A stretch of DNA of 46,096 bases from a virus (Duplodnaviria; Caudoviricetes): the IMG/VR virus record IMGVR_UViG_3300030397_000415, positions 1 to 46,096 of that record. One strand, written 5' to 3'. The notes beneath the pieces are model-generated. The model was not told the origin of the DNA and did no database searches. It saw only the letters and a program-made list of their open reading frames with translations. Position 1 is the stretch's first letter. Each line of letters starts with the position of its first letter. Shown one piece after another: positions 43,985 to 46,096 of the stretch. Made by a program: the position numbers and the translations under genes.

Positions 43985-45446
43985 CGATCCACCCTCCCGC
44001 GGCCAGCTGTTGCGGCCTCTTCGCGATCAATCTGTGGTACGCTCGGCTCGCGGCATCTGCTTGATCTTTGAACGCTCCGTTCGGGAACATGCAGAGTTCG
44101 CTCACGAACGCTTCGTTCCAGCGTGCTTTCACCAGATACACGTTCCTCGCCTCGCATTGGGCAGCCAGGGGTCTTGCGCGGTCTTCCTTCGCCCCGCTCT
44201 CCGGGCTGAAGTGAAAGTCGTACCCGTGCAGCATCTTCGCCATGTCCTGCATTTGCGCCACCCCCGCTTGCCCTGGATCTTGCGGCATGCTCTGCTCCGT
44301 CCAGGGCCCATCTTCGTCCGCACATTTCAGCACCTGCGTCTTCACCTGCCCCGGACTCCACCGCCCCCGAACCACATCCAGCACCACGATGTCCCCATTG
44401 GGCAGCGCCATCATCTTCACTCCCACGGTGTAAGCTCCATGCCCATCTCTACTCGCGGCAAAGTCCCATCCTCGCACGATGTTGTCGAACTTGTCGGGCG
44501 CCTTGTCCAGGAATTGGAAGTCGTCCTTCTGGAACATCCCTCCACCCCGAGGCACCGGCCGCTGTTGCAGCTGCCCAGCTTCCGCATAGCTACCTCCCCA
44601 GCTGCGGAACGCTTCCTTCAGTTCGTCGACCGCCCGCTGGCTGAATCGCTCCGGCCACAGCAGATCCCCCAAATTCTGGCGGGGATCTTTGAACCTCGTA
44701 CTGAGATGCGGATGATCCGGCTCGAATTCCATCGGCAGACACAGATGCTCGTACCCAAGATCTTCCAGACTGCCAACGATCAATCCCGAGACATCTCGCT
44801 CGTGAATCCGCTGCATGATGACTACAATCGCCGACTCGTCCAACTTGTTCAGTCGGGTTGGGAGAGTCTCACTGAACCACCGCAGCGTGTTCTCGCGATC
44901 TGCTTCGCTCTCTCCACTTTGTACCGAGTGAGGGTCGTCCAAAATGATTCGGTCTCCTCGATACCCGGTGAGGGCTCCTCCGACTGAGGAGGCATATCGC
45001 CATCCGGCTTTGTCGTTTTCGTACCGGATCTTGGCGTTCTGGTCTGACTTGAAGGCGAACTGCTGGTTCGATCCGAGATCTCCCCACCATTTCCGATACC
45101 AGTCAGATTGCATAATGTCCCGACAACGAAGGTTGTCACGGATCGAAAGATCTTGCCCATAGGCAGCGTTGATGTAGCGTAGATGTGGCATGTTCCTCGG
45201 CCCCCACTCCCAAGCGGGCCAGAACACATTGGTCGTCATACTCTTGGTACAGCCAGGAGGGACATTGATCAGGAGTCTTCGAATCTCTCCCTTGGTCACT
45301 GCCTCCAGATGCTCGCAGATCGCCTCCACCGCCCACCCTGAGACAAACTCCGTGCCGGGCTCGAGAGTGTGCCACCCCTGCTTGATGAACTCCAGGAGGG
45401 AGTCCTGAGCTTGGAGCGTGCGGAAGGCTTCGCCGAAGCTAGACAC
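43977..45446 (-). CDS. terL: Terminase large subunit
   Basis: INVPPGCTKS (Walker A), IILDDPH (Walker B), IMQR.H..D, QQRP.P.GG, GWDFA, KDQADA (RNase H-like nuclease). Confidence 0.95.
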   Translation of the reverse strand: MSSFGEAFRTLQAQDSLLEFIKQGWHTLEPGTEFVSGWAVEAICEHLEAVTKGEIRRLLINVPPGCTKSMTTNVFWPAWEWGPRNMPHLRYINAAYGQDLSIRDNLRCRDIMQSDWYRKWWGDLGSNQQFAFKSDQNAKIRYENDKAGWRYASSVGGALTGYRGDRIILDDPHSVQSGESEADRENTLRWFSETLPTRLNKLDESAIVVIMQRIHERDVSGLIVGSLEDLGYEHLCLPMEFEPDHPHLSTRFKDPRQNLGDLLWPERFSQRAVDELKEAFRSWGGSYAEAGQLQQRPVPRGGGMFQKDDFQFLDKAPDKFDNIVRGWDFAASRDGHGAYTVGVKMMALPNGDIVVLDVVRGRWSPGQVKTQVLKCADEDGPWTEQSMPQDPGQAGVAQMQDMAKMLHGYDFHFSPESGAKEDRARPLAAQCEARNVYLVKARWNEAFVSELCMFPNGAFKDQADAASRAYHRLIAKRPQQLAAGGWIVE

Positions 45447-45550
45447 TAGTCCTCTTCATTAGTGGAGCATTTCGGATCGCAGCATTTGCCGTCAATGATG
45501 AGGGCATGACATGCGAGGCAATATCCCAGGATGTGGTCGATTTCAGACAT
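45446..45550 (-). CDS. 34-aa Cys-rich microprotein
   Basis: Manual translation MSEIDHILGYCLACHALIIDGKCCDPKCSTNEED*; coupled at both ends (TAATG, TAGTG). Confidence 0.5.
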   Translation of the reverse strand: MSEIDHILGYCLACHALIIDGKCCDPKCSTNEED

Positions 45551-45789
45551 TAGACATTCACCCCTTCTTGGGTGCGGAAGAGATCTTCGTCGTGCGGGAG
45601 GGCATAGTCCCAGGCTTGGGTCCACCAGCTAGCAGGGTCGAGATTATGTCGTTTGGCTGCCTTCAGGAGACTGACTACTTGATCTTGAGCTTTCTCAGGA
45701 GTCTCGGCAAGTCCGATGAGATTGCCAGGGATGGAGCGTGCGGCGATGACTCCATCATGTTGGGTGGTGATATCGAATACGAATTTCAT
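45550..45789 (-). CDS. Hypothetical protein, HicB-like N-terminal pattern
   Basis: F.I....DG...A..IPG......ETPEKA; ATGA overlap with the upstream gene. Confidence 0.45.
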   Translation of the reverse strand: MKFVFDITTQHDGVIAARSIPGNLIGLAETPEKAQDQVVSLLKAAKRHNLDPASWWTQAWDYALPHDEDLFRTQEGVNV

Positions 45790-46040
45790 TCTTCGATGAG
45801 GAGTGCTTTAGCGCGACGTTTGAGGTAGACGAAGATTCCTAGGCCTAGGGATGCTAAGGAGGTTAGGATTATAGAGAAGGTGGAGGAATCGTCGGGTTGG
45901 GTTGGGGGAGTCTCGAGGGAGGTGATGCGTTCTTGGTGGGTATCGAGAGTGTTGTGGAGAGTTTGAACTTGTTCGTGAAGGGAGAGGAGGAGTTGTTGGG
46001 TCTCTCTGAGTTCGGGGGACTCGAGTTGATCCTGTATCAT
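45786..46040 (-). CDS. Coiled-coil protein with C-terminal TM segment (may extend beyond the right edge)
   Basis: The frame is open to the window end; hydrophobic IILTSLASLGLGIFVYL followed by KRR. Confidence 0.55.
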   Translation of the reverse strand: MIQDQLESPELRETQQLLLSLHEQVQTLHNTLDTHQERITSLETPPTQPDDSSTFSIILTSLASLGLGIFVYLKRRAKALLIEE

Positions 46041-46096
46041 ATGGAACAGTTCGGGAGAATCTTCTTGTGTTTTGGGAGCCCAAGGGGTGGGGCCGG

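Noticed and set aside
45894-45919. G-quadruplex-like GGGTTGGGTTGGGGG..GGG
   Set aside because: Explained by Pro/Thr codons on the coding minus strand; single occurrence.
1-46096. Alternative genetic code or prophage context
   Set aside because: Genes end normally at TAA, TAG and TGA with tight packing; no integrase, att site or host genes are visible.

Overview
A 46 kb slice of a tailed dsDNA phage genome (siphovirus). Its replication and tail modules look YuA/M6-like; the host is unknown. Almost all core genes are on the minus strand. Left arm (1-12.1 kb, minus): family A DNA polymerase (cut by the window edge), a thymidine-hypermodification cluster (SLOG protein, Nmad1/DUF1599-like protein, HD hydrolase, dUMP-hydroxymethylase-type thymidylate synthase homolog, clade-1 aGPT-PPlase amino acid:DNA transferase, TAGT/GREB1-like glycosyltransferase), class II ribonucleotide reductase with an HNH-containing intein, SSB-like protein and SNF2 helicase. 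Middle (12.3-17.1 kb, plus): accessory genes (DHH phosphoesterase, RNA ligase, pyrimidine-dimer glycosylase, secreted/membrane proteins) ending in a tRNA-like element. Right arm (17.1-46 kb, minus): tail tip and hub proteins, tape measure (apparently ATA-initiated), -1 frameshifted tail chaperone, tail tube, capsid, protease, head-tail connectors, a repeat-rich fibre module containing a lipoprotein sulfatase, portal and large terminase. The most promising candidate system is the 5-hmU cluster, which pairs an amino acid:DNA transferase with a base-J-type glycosyltransferase and has no 5-hmU DNA kinase in view. All family assignments come from motif recognition by eye; no database searches were run.
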